Positions 53,507 to 64,000 of a DNA stretch of 64,000 nucleotides are shown piece after piece. Both the position numbers and the translations under genes were made by a program. Position 1 is the stretch's first letter. Each line of letters starts with the position of its first letter. This DNA comes from Azolla caroliniana. Its lineage: Eukaryota; Plantae; Polypodiophyta. The stretch lies in assembly GCA_043228905.1 (NCBI GenBank), contig JBHGNT010000018.1:17980001-18044000 (forward strand), read 5' to 3'. The notes under the pieces are model-generated. The model saw only the letters and a list, made by a program, of their open reading frames with translations, did not search any database and was not told the DNA's origin.

Positions 53507-56500
53507 CTACCTTGGCCCAGCTGCAGACGCTGCTTGAGGCCCAGATTTAGCTCTCATGGCCTTGGCCTGTGCAAGCATCTCATCGTAGTTCTGAAAAATA
53601 GACATATAAGTTCAGATGATCATTTATCAACTAGCCTATACACCAAAAAGGAAGAAATAAAGAAAACAGCGTCTAACACCATACCCTTCTCTCCATCGCT
53701 ATACCACGGCTTTCAATAATCTTATCGGCAAGACCATAATCAATGGCCTCCTGAGCACGAAAATATTTCGGCCTTTGAATGTCGTGACGAATCTCATCTT
53801 GCGACTTACCAGTGCTCTTTGCAAGCATCTCAACATAGTACTTGGTATTAGCATCCAACTCTTTTGCCTGATTCATATTCAGCATAAATACAGGAATTGA
53901 TTAAGGATCACTATATAACTTAATAGAGTTGAGATTTAAAATAGACCCAAAATGTAATACATGCCTTTATCCACATTTCAGTTGCAGACCCACTAGACTG
54001 GCTTGTCTTGGGTGAGTAAATTTTGGCTGAAAGAACAGTAAGAAAATCATATATACTTTTGCAAAAACCTAAACCCCTAATGAAAACAAAATAAATCAAT
54101 AAAGTTTGTTCAAACTCAACTAAAATATTCAATTAAACTTACTGACACTGTTGGGTTGAACTGCACGGAAACCCTTTTCACCAACAGACAGCAGCATGGC
54201 TGCTTGCCCAAAGGCCGTTCCACAATTTATGGTGTAAACTTTTGATTTTACATACTGTCCAAAATTCATTTCAATGATAAGATTAAAAAACAAACTTGAT
54301 TGAGTAGCCTTCCTCTGTATGTAACAAGCTTTGAATTTACCGCAATAGTGTCTGCAATTGCATAAGCCTCTGTCTCAAAACCAATGCTCTCCCTCTTTTC
54401 ATTCTGGATGAAATAAAGATGAAACCAATGATTACTAATCTATAAGAGATAAATTATTTAGTTTTCCAAAAAGATACGATATTCTACATAGAAGAGCAGG
54501 GATCAGGTGTTTCATAAATTATGAGCATGTAAAAGGTAGAACTGTGCAAAAACGTCTATAGTATGATGTCATTAACCTCTCATGGCATTGAGCATAAGCC
54601 TCTAACCTGACGAAATCCATGTTCCTTGCTATTATTGTTACTCAGAGCTGATCCATCTACTACTAATATTTAGCTCATTGATCTCCATCTCTCAACTTCT
54701 GTGCCTAGGTTTTCTATTCTCTTGTTTCCTGGGATTGTTTTTGCCTATCTTTGTCAATCCTATTCTCCTTCTGTTCAAACCTCTTCTTTTGGTGCTTCCA
54801 CACTTCTATTTCTTCTAGCATGAGTATTAACTCTCATAGAGCCTTAACACTCCTTCACACTTGATCACACAGCCTAGGTATTGAAGTTGCATTATGGCAT
54901 CGAAATTTGCCAAATATAAATGCATGTAAGGTATGCAAGGAGGGCTAGCAGAGGTTGAGTATTACTTGCTTTTTACATGCTCTGCGTATAGTGCAATTCG
55001 TGAAAGTTATGGTGATATATTAAGAGGGGCTCATGTGTATGCCTTATTCACACATCAAGATTCTGCTTCGAAGTATGAATATCCCTTCTTAGGAAAGAGA
55101 CACACATCTAGAAAACTTTTGTACTTAGGTCCCATGGGTCAATATTGACCTCTCTATGGACGCTAGAAAAAATATTGAATCTAATCTAATCTCTGCTAGT
55201 AATCTATGTATTGTTATCTGCAAATTCTCTCTCTCGATGATTTCTCGATAAATCATGACAAATAATTTATTATATTTCTGGCGGTCAAAGTAATAGCCAG
55301 GCATCATTGTGCATGTAGCAATCATTGGCGGTCAAAGTGATAGCTAGGCACTATCATGCATGCAGTAACCATTGTCATTCATGTAGTAATAATTATTGTG
55401 GGAGAATTCGTTGTATTGCAGGTAGTCATAGCATTGTCCTGAAAGGGTTGTCAATTGGCATAGTGAACAGGGCCGAACTCATCCTGATCATAGGTATGCT
55501 CAGTGTGGGCTGAGTCCAGTTGGTAGGCTATGGCAGGGGTGTTTGTGTGTTTGTTACAAGGGCATGTCTTGACAGAGTGGTTGACAGGCATCAGTCTCAT
55601 CCAAAATGAGCAAATCATTGTTGTTGCCAGTGTTATCTGTGGGTTGTAATGGGGGAACTCTTCCTAATCTCTCAGGTCATATTACAATCGAAGGGAAAGA
55701 TAGACTAATGCAAATTAGCGCAAACCAAGATTGTTTTTTAAAATAACATTCACCTGAGTCCCAGAGGAGTTTATATAAAAATAGATTGGTTTGGCTGGAT
55801 TATCATAATCCAACCACAAGAGCTCGGCAACAACAAGCTCTGTGACTGCTGGAACAATCTGGAACATCAATGACCGTTTAAGACTGTTAAAGAGTGAGGA
55901 AGATCTACAATTAAAGAAGAAAACTAATTAATAGAAACAATCTGTCACAATACCGGCATTCCAAGGTAACAAATTCTGGCATCAAGCAAAAGAGAGGGCA
56001 AATCTGGTGGTGCAGTCCTTGGTCTTCCATATCCACCTCCTCCTCCACCACGATACATGTTGACACTCATGCTTAGTCTCGATGGGACGTTTTGCAAAGT
56101 CGAGAGATTCCACATCCCTGTTCCTTGCAGGTAATTTTGTGCTGATGAGATTGATTCCTGTGATTCAGAAAATTTAGAAAAGAAAAGGTTCATTAATGTG
56201 CATAAGGAAAGATGATAGCATATGATGATTCTACTCACTTCAGTGACGCGATCTGCTTGCCGTTTGATTGGGCTATCCTCTGTCATGAACATGTCCATTT
56301 GTGATGGAGATAAGCCATAAAGGCTACTGGGCACATTTCGGAAATTTTCCATCACTACAAGGACAAAGAGTTCTCGTGATTTTTCAACATATAAATAAGA
56401 GACGGCGGCTTTTTACTATATAGAAGTGCTTATGCATAACTCTTTCTCAAACATTTTGTAGCCTTTACTGCATGGTCTCACTAATTATGATGCCCAGCGA

Positions 56501-57619
56501 TGGAACTTTAGGAAACACTAAGCAATTATGTGCTGTTCGCAACCAAAAATATAATGGTTCGTAGAGGAGTAGTTTTGAATCAAACCCTTTTGTAGCCTTT
56601 GCTATTGAGTTTAACACACAATGTTATAAAAGGATGGGACTCGTGGAATACAAAGTGATTATATGCACGCACATAAAATAGATATATTCTTTGTATTACT
56701 TATGTGCCATTCTCAAAGAAATCATGCTTTTGTGGAGGAACAATAGATATACGCATAAAATAGCACATAGTTTGACATAAAAAAAATTAACAGAAAAAAA
56801 ACACAAAAAATTGTATACAGTACTGCTGCTGTATTGTTTAACAATCGATCCCATTAAAGGAGGAAATTCAGTAATGCTAAGAAAGAATGTGCTCTTAATC
56901 ACCTCTAAAAAATCTATACTTTTGAAATAAAGAGAAAATATACATCATAAACAAATTGATTTTTTTCTACATCAATTTAACAGAAATTGAGTTTAAACTA
57001 ACGCCACAGATTACAATAAGATACCATCTGTGGAGAAACAAACAAATATGCATATGTGGTTAACAGATACACATAAGAGGAAACGCTATAATAGAGTAAA
57101 GATGAAAGAAGCCCATAAAATGGACAGGAATAAACTGGTAAGCATGACAAAACATATCAATCATCAGCACAGTTAGTTGTCATATATGAGATATTATATC
57201 TTCTTACAGATGGAACATATAGAACCGAAACAGATGTGCAGATGAAATATCAGCGCGACTAGGTTTTAGCAGAGATGAAAGGTTGAGACGCATACAGAAA
57301 TAACAAGGTAAACATATGAGAATGAGCACAAACTATCACCCCACTAAATTCCGACAGAAAGTTAGGGTTTAGAAGATACAAAATATGACCTCTTACCTCC
57401 ATCTTTGAGATTTTCCTGACGGAACTGTTTGGGGATATGCTGAAAGGAGGCAGAGACGGGAGCGATTCGGTGGCGTCTGAGGGAAGGTCGAGAAACATCG
57501 AAGGTCGGGAGGAGGATACGGGCATCACCGGAGAGAGAAGAAGCGTGAAATCCGAGCGCAGAGAAGGTAGTCTTCGCCTCCGAAAGGGCAGTGGTCTGCG
57601 CAGGAAGAAGAGACGCCAT
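53507..57619 (-). CDS. CLPR1: Chloroplast Clp protease non-catalytic subunit ClpR1, 9 exons
   Basis: Transit peptide, then ClpR1-type LYGLSPSQMDMFMTEDSP, MYRGGGGGG...RPRTAPPDLPSLLLDARICYLGMPIVPAVTEL, ETEAYAIADT, AFGQAAMLL (catalytic Ser absent) and MWIK|AKELDANT. One intron is GC-AG. Confidence 0.95.
54860..55030 (+). mobile_element. Short non-LTR retrotransposon 3' remnant (RTE/RTEX-like cysteine motif) in ClpR1 intron 4
   Basis: HSLGIEVALWHR...ACKVCK and, after a frameshift, EVEYYLLFTCSAYSAIR resemble the HxLxIExGRW...CxxC...VEDExHxLFxCxxYxxIR motif. Confidence 0.6.
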
Positions 57620-57676
57620 AGCTTCGAAGCTTTGCTTCAGAAGAGAGAGGATGAGACTGAGGCGTGGAAGACAGAC

Positions 57677-57715
<39 letters not shown>

Positions 57716-57815
57716 TTATGTTATCGTGAAGTTTGATTGTTTTTTGGCTTTTTTTGGTTTTTGTTTTGACAGACATATAATTTTGGGCTCCTGTGGTCAG
57801 GTCAGTTATCGGCTG

Positions 57816-58240
57816 AGTCGGTCACTCGATTCAATTGGTCAATCCGTTTGTCAGTCGATCTGTTGTTTCATCGGATCAATCCATCAGTGGTTATAGCCAA
57901 TCGATCCACCGATTCAATCCACGAGTTAGTTTATCCATTCGTTGGTCGGTCGATCTGTTCATCGCTCGATCAGTCGGTCACTCGATCCATCGATTCAATT
58001 GGTCAATCCATTTGTCGGTTGATCTGTTGTTTCATTGGATCAATCCATCAGTAGTTATAGCCAATCGATCCACCGATTCAATCCGTCAGTTACTTTATCC
58101 ATTCGTCAGTTGATCAATCCATTCATCGCTTGATCAATCGATTCATCTGATCAATCCATCTATCAATCAATCGATTCATCAAGGCCAATCCATCAATCGG
58201 TCAATCAATTCATCATATCAATCCATCAACCAATCAATTG
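57816..58240. repeat. GATC/CAAT-rich repeat: duplication of about 160 bp decaying into a (CAAT/CGAT)n array, upstream of ClpR1
   Basis: AGTCGGTCACTCGAT...TTATAGCCAATCGATCCACCGATTCAATCC at about 57816 and 57972. Confidence 0.85.
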
Positions 58241-58254
58241 ATGCTCCAGAGGCT

Positions 58255-58710
58255 ATGAAAGTCATCAACATGCATCTAATTCCTATCTCCCCTTTTCAGC
58301 AACCTTGGAAGCAAATGTGTGTAGCCCATGTATGGAAAACAGTATCTACGGCTACATTATGGATCTCATGGAAGTGTCGTTGTAAAAGACGATATGATTC
58401 CATAATTCTTCTTCTCTCGGATATATTGCCGGAATTGTGGGAGAGCTTATTAGCAGTAGTGCGTGGGCAATATGACAATATGTCAGGCTCTTCGGAGGTT
58501 GCTCTTAAGAAAAGGAAAAAATTATTGCAGTTATAGAGAAAGTTGCCTCTGTTCACGGTCTCCTCTCAAGGACCAATCTGGAAATATCATCACCCCTTGC
58601 CCTTGCCTTGATCATCTTTCTTGTATATAACACTCATTGATTGTACATTTTGTAGCCTTCTGGCACTTTTTCTTAATACTAATGAAGGAAATCTTTTTGA
58701 AAAAAGAAGG
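58255..58710 (+). mobile_element. 3'-terminal fragment of a LINE (L1/Tx1-type) with short 3' UTR and A-rich end
   Basis: TATLWISWKCRCKRRY...LWESLLAVVRGQYDNMSG parallels VVWSIWTTKCTRVF...IWHTLITTLRVQYERIDG in the LINE at 31481-31729. Ends in TAATGAAGG...GAAAAAAG. Confidence 0.75.
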
Positions 58711-59015
58711 TAACATTGTGATATTCATGTTTAGTGGGGAATTTTCTCACCACCTGGGGGCCTTAGCAATTGAAGTGTCTCATTTTGGGGCATCATAATC
58801 ATTCTCTTTGCCCTAGCACCACTTGCCAATGTTTGCTTCATAGTAGATATTTTATCGTCCAAGACAAGGCCAAATTTAACCTATGGAACCAAATCAATAT
58901 ATCATGTTTTATGTGACTCCTTCCTAATAAGGCAGTTACTACTATGTAATAAAAACTCTCAATGTGATATTAATGCACACACATATGTACTCACCCTCCA
59001 ATAGATCATTAAGAC

Positions 59016-59638
59016 TGTTGTCCATGGGCCAAAAAAAGTAACATATGTGAATCGCAATAGGTATTAGGTAGCAGTAGGTAAACAACCGAAAGCAATCAAA
59101 AGCAGCCAAAATAAACACAGTTGTAAACGTGGAAGGAGAAGGAGCACGCCAAGGAACATCTATATAAGGAGCAATAGATCGAAGGAAGAAAGGAGAGACA
59201 TATAGGAGAGAAGTCTGAGGTCATTACGTAATTAATCATACCATAGTGTATCTGATACATTCCGGCATATAGCCGTGTAACTGTAATCATTGATCGTTCT
59301 GTAATCTAAACAATGTTGGGTCTATGTTGTGTCATTGTTCGCTTTTAATAATTGTTAAGTAACCCATCTCTCCCTATCGTGTATGCATAAGCGAATGTTT
59401 TCTCTTACGTAATCTGTAGGGTGTCATCCCATTTCGTAAAAGCGATATGACCACCACATACCACACTCCTTTGGTCAGATTCCGGTTAGGAATCGAAGGT
59501 GTCGCCTCCAGAGAGGAAGGCAACACAATTTGGCACACCTGATGGGACTCGAACCCACAATCCCTTGATTAGAAGTCAAGTGCCTTGTCCATTAGGCCAC
59601 AGGCACTTGACTTCTAATCAAGGGAGAGGAAGGCAACA
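59016..59638 (+). mobile_element. Single-LTR retroelement insertion carrying a full tRNA copy, flanked by the 5-bp TSD AAGAC
   Basis: AAGAC at 59011-59015 and 59639-59643. Termini TGTTG...CAACA. The LTR (59016-59525) has CTATATAAGG near 59160 and is followed by PBS-like TGGCACACC at 59531. Confidence 0.85.
59531..59606 (-). tRNA. tRNA-Arg(TCT) retro-copy with genomically encoded CCA, probably a pseudogene
   Basis: GTGCCTGTGGCCTAATGGACAAGGCACTTGACTTCTAATCAAGGGATTGTGGGTTCGAGTCCCATCAGGTGTGCCA: D-stem GCCT/AGGC, anticodon arm CTTGA-CT TCT AA-TCAAG, T-loop TTCGAGT. The acceptor stem has three G:T pairs, consistent in part with CpG decay. Confidence 0.9.
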
Positions 59639-62600
59639 AAGACCATTTCATACTGTTAAACACCCAACTACATGAGAAGAATTTTCTATTATTAGTTTTT
59701 TGTGCCTTACATCGGTTCCTGTGTTCCAAGCCTGTTTTGGCATTCTATCATCATGCATATGAGAGAGAGAGAGAGAGAGAGCTTGATAAGATAAATATAA
59801 AATCAGGGAAGAGAGAAAAGGGTTAGTGAGTGCGGATAGTGTGTGGGTCGCAAGTTGTGAGTGGAATAAATTGTCCTTGGCATAGGCAAGAGGAAATGGG
59901 ACTAATTGTGTGATCCATAAGTAGAGTGGGCGTCGACTAAGTGAGGTGTGTGTGTGTGTGTGCACTCTCTAATATATGATTGTATCTATTAAAATTTGAC
60001 GTTTGAGCTACTTACAAATTTCTCACTAAGTAGAGTCTAGGTTGCCCAAATGATTCAAATTAGTAGGTGATTCGAACGATGCATCATATGACTTTAATGA
60101 GGTATATGAGAGGTCAACTTGTTGGAGTTAGTGTATGAATCAAATGAGTCAAGTGAGACAGTGACTTGATGGATTCATTGGATGATTGGAATGAGTCAGA
60201 CGAGACGTCGACTCATTGGACCTAATTATGCACTTGAGAGGGAAAGTCTTGACCTATTATGCTTAATTACTCAAATATATAGGCATTAAGTTATTATCAC
60301 AGTAAACAATGAAAAGGAAATGGCAATGAGATCAATTAAGAGACAAAAGATGGTCCACAAGAGTTACAACCACCAACCCAAACCATTGAGATTAAGGTTT
60401 AAGGTTAGGGTCTTGAGGTAATATTAATTAGGATTAATGGAGGGAGGTTGAAGGTCTAGCTCAAGTTTTCTAAATGTTAGGAAGAAGTTAAATAGTCTTA
60501 TTCAAATGTATTTTATACTTTTTATAATGCTCTTGGTGTTTTGACACATAGTTATAAGTCTCTCTATCCTCTTGTCCTCGTCTTCAATAATTTTTCTCTT
60601 TTCCTTATTACTATTATTATTCCTTCATTTCTAATCAATGTTTTGGTGTTCAAATTTGGTAAAAAAACGCTCATGCAATGCATCCCTATGATCCCACATG
60701 AGGTGTCCATGTTGATAATTCAATATGTATTTGGGAAAGGTCACCATGCTCCAAGACAAACCGGAAGTGCTAGCAATCAAAAGTGTGAATTACCAAGTTC
60801 CAACAACAAGCACATATTCTGACATAACAAAACTTATACATGGTGGACCAACTCAAAATAGGCCACAATGAGATCTCATTACACAACCTAGCTAAAGTTT
60901 CCACCACCAACCTATGTGAATCACTTGAACACCAACTAGCAGAATCCTAATATACGAGACAGAGAACCCAAGTGGAACTCCATTGACTAGAAGAAGAGTT
61001 GTGGATTACTACTACATGATTGGAAGAGGAGAAGAAAGAACCCACATGTGGCCCCCGATATCTACACAAAAGCACTCTTCACGATGGCCAAAAAGTTTAA
61101 AAATGAACATGACATTCACTTGAGGCATCGAAGGAACTCTCGACAACCATAGATGCTAGGCTCAAAGTTTTGATTTGGAATGCCCATAGGCTCCCTTGCA
61201 AATCCAAGGCAAACACAAAGAAGTTTAGAGAGCTCCGCAAATGACAAAAATTATTGGTCACCAACCTCAAAGTTTAAGGAGTGAAATAGAATGCAACCAA
61301 CTCCAAGTCAAGACATCGAAGATAAAGGCTCTCATCACAACCATGGAATCATAACTCAAAGCAACACAAAGCTTGACTATGATACCATATATACCACTAG
61401 GAGAAGGAGTCCAAGTAGTAGTGATGGCACAACTCAACGATTGGATTATCTACAGATGTTTTATCTATTCTTCCTCGTATCTCTATTAACTAATGTATGT
61501 GCTCTAATTTAACAATACAAGAGACATGATCAAAGGATAAAGTTTCAATGATGGCATTCCTCTTGCTTTCTTGTGACAATGTTTTTTTTACTATACATTC
61601 ACTCATGGGCTTGAGAGCTATGTGTTTATACTTAACTAGTAAAGCATATAAGACTACATTGGGTGTGATCAACGAGTATTTGTCACAAGCTAAATCCAAC
61701 ATTTTTCATGTGAATGTTGTGGGACAGAATTGTTCTAAGTCATGGTCAATATTGAATACAAAGGGAGATTTCCATATTATTATATTGAATTCTCTTCAAG
61801 CGAACAAATAAGGAGAGTATACCAATAATGATCAAATTCAAGTGAGAACGATCTATATTTAAAAATAAACAAGGTATTTAGTTGGGCATCCATGCAATGT
61901 GATAACCTTGTCATTTTCACATTTTAATTAGGGCAATTAGAATCCCCCATGGGGCCAAACACATAATTGTAATCTTCTCAGTAGATCCAATGTAAAAAGT
62001 GTGAGTACTTGTTTGACTTCTTGACGTGTTACTTTAGATGAGTATTTGAGCATACAAGAAAGGAAAGCATAGGTAACCACTTGTTCATCAATGACACAAA
62101 ATCTAACCAATTTGTTGAATATTTCTTTTACTCGATGTTGTTTGGAGTCTAAATCTTCACCAACACAAGGGCTATGAACGAATCTTCATAGAGTTGGAGA
62201 ACAATTCAATTGGTTTTTGTCGTTTCCGCTTTCCTAGACATGGGTTCCTTTGAATTTGTTGAAGGGTTTCCACTAGTCGATTAAAAATGAAACTAGTGTT
62301 AACGAGGTCGTAACAACCTATTGGTTAAAATGGGCAATATTGAGGTGAATTTGCATTAGTGGTATGTGCATATAGGGAGTGTTTACTCAAACAATTTAAG
62401 CATTGTTTTTCCTTATTGGATTCCATCTTCACGCGTCTAAATTTAAATTGTTTTTTCTCAAACCATAGAGACACATATTTTTTAAGTCACTAGATCAAAA
62501 TGTTTGTAATGTCTTTGAAGTGTCCACTTTATTGCCTTCTATTTGATGTTATATTGGTAGATAGCACTAGTTGGGGTCTTCATTGTTCCTTTTACCTAAA

Positions 62601-63479
62601 AGTGGTTGTACATTCCTAAACATATCAATATCTCAAGATATTGTAAAATCCATGTCCAACAGAAGTCGTTTTATTTGCATATTTCAATATTTCCCTATAC
62701 ATGTATTTAACATTAATACATGGTTTGGTAAGGTCTTAATTTTGGATCAAGATTCATGGGTTCCAACTTGGTTTCATAAACAAGTAAAATTGTACTTTAA
62801 TGCAAGTAACCAGAGAACCTATATATACTCACAATATGCATACACCTACATACATATATTCATGTAGACCTCAATGATCTATGCCACTAAAGTTACAACT
62901 TCCGTTAAAGCATAAAGGAAATAAGGGTAATGCATGTAGCAACGCTAAAAATGAATAATAGAAACATGTTTAGCAAACTGTTTTTTTTACAACTAACCAA
63001 TAACTACATGGTAAGTCAATTCTAGAACTATCCTTTTAACCTATGCATGTACATTAATTGGGTATACATAGTAAGTGAAATAATAATGAGGTAGCCAACA
63101 ATTAAGCACTTAAATGAAAATGAAACAATTAATCAACAACAATACAATATTTGAAAATCGTGACCTCATTTTGAGGCATTAAATATAGACCTTCTTACTC
63201 TCCTACAAAACTATGTGTATGTCCATGCACATATTTCCTTGGCTCCTTTGTCACTCAAAACCCATACAAAACATAAAGAATCCATGCGCACATAATCATG
63301 CACATAGATTTTATTTATGAAAAACATTGATTTATAATAGGAGCATCATCTAGAGTCCACGACATGGTGGGCATTTGAAGCCACATAAATCATGGCTATT
63401 TTGTATGGATTTAAAGCTTAGAAAATGTAATTGGTTGGTTGATCGCACAATGTCAGTGATGAAGGCGTGGAGTATGCTC

Positions 63480-64000
63480 CGTGGGCATCTTAGTCGTATA
63501 GGTTCAAGTACTAATGTTGAATGGATGCACCAACCCCTATTGTGGAACTAGACCTTAAAGTCGGCAAAGGGAAAGATGTTTGGCCAGAGCAAGGGTATGT
63601 CGTGGGCTATATTGCATTGTGCATGGATTCATTCAATGGCAGATTGGATGGAGCTGTCTATTAGTAACCAGGATAAATTATATGAAGATGCGGGAAAGTT
63701 CAGAAATGGTAGGAAGATGCTTGACCTAGTCACTCTATTCCTATTAGTAATGGGGAAGAGGGTGAATGGTTCGGACAATGTGATGATACAGGAAAATTTG
63801 TCAATGCTAAGGGTCTAGGAAAGAATGGGAAGATCATCCAGTTGGGATCAATAGATGCAAGTGCTAGTTGGTCCCCGATTAGAATTATGGCACGAGACAC
63901 TAAGAAATGGAAGGTGAGTCCATCAGTCGATGAGGTTGAGGAGGATTGGATCTTGTATGTTGTTGAAGGAAGGCCACTCGAGTGTTTAGAATGGGATCTT
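63480..64000 (+). mobile_element. Probable degenerate LINE ORF2 3' region running off the window
   Basis: The plus strand ends WILYVVEGRPLECLEWD, paralleling WLIEGHSNPL*WDP in the LINE at about 32262-32310. Stops are present. Confidence 0.45.

Noticed and set aside
59531-59606. An ordinary functional tRNA-Arg gene
   Set aside because: It has an encoded CCA, three G:T pairs in the acceptor stem, no T-run terminator directly downstream, and it sits at the PBS position of an LTR inside a TSD-flanked insertion.
59650-59760. Minus-strand MHDDRMPKQAW, resembling an RTE-type LINE motif
   Set aside because: Too short to call with confidence.
60000-63400. Short ORFs and probable old TE debris
   Set aside because: No recognisable domains or splice-consistent gene structure.

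Overview
Land-plant nuclear DNA with AT-rich introns and intergenic space; the retroelement remnants resemble bryophyte-type families (inference). It holds five spliced genes: an LHT amino-acid transporter (+, 9889-13628), an a-a'-D protein disulfide isomerase (-, 24915-28453), an ODR-4 homologue (-, 34967-41054), DXR (-, 42517-47460) and ClpR1 (-, 53507-57619). It also holds the 3' part of a young Ty1/copia element (1-3687) inserted into a LINE remnant, several decayed Ty3/gypsy and LINE fragments, a 450-bp foldback element and many short tandem duplications. The most striking structure is at 59016-59638: a TSD-flanked, TG...CA-bounded insertion made of one LTR, the complement of a complete CCA-ended tRNA-Arg(TCT), a snap-back copy of the anticodon arm and a regenerated 15-bp LTR end. 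Other notable points are an apparent GA-AG intron in DXR, two GC-AG introns, a C-terminal REEL on a PDI class that usually lacks a retention signal, and a 4x234-bp repeat that multiplies an ODR4 splice donor. Exon boundaries were read by eye and protein matches are from recalled family motifs, not database searches.
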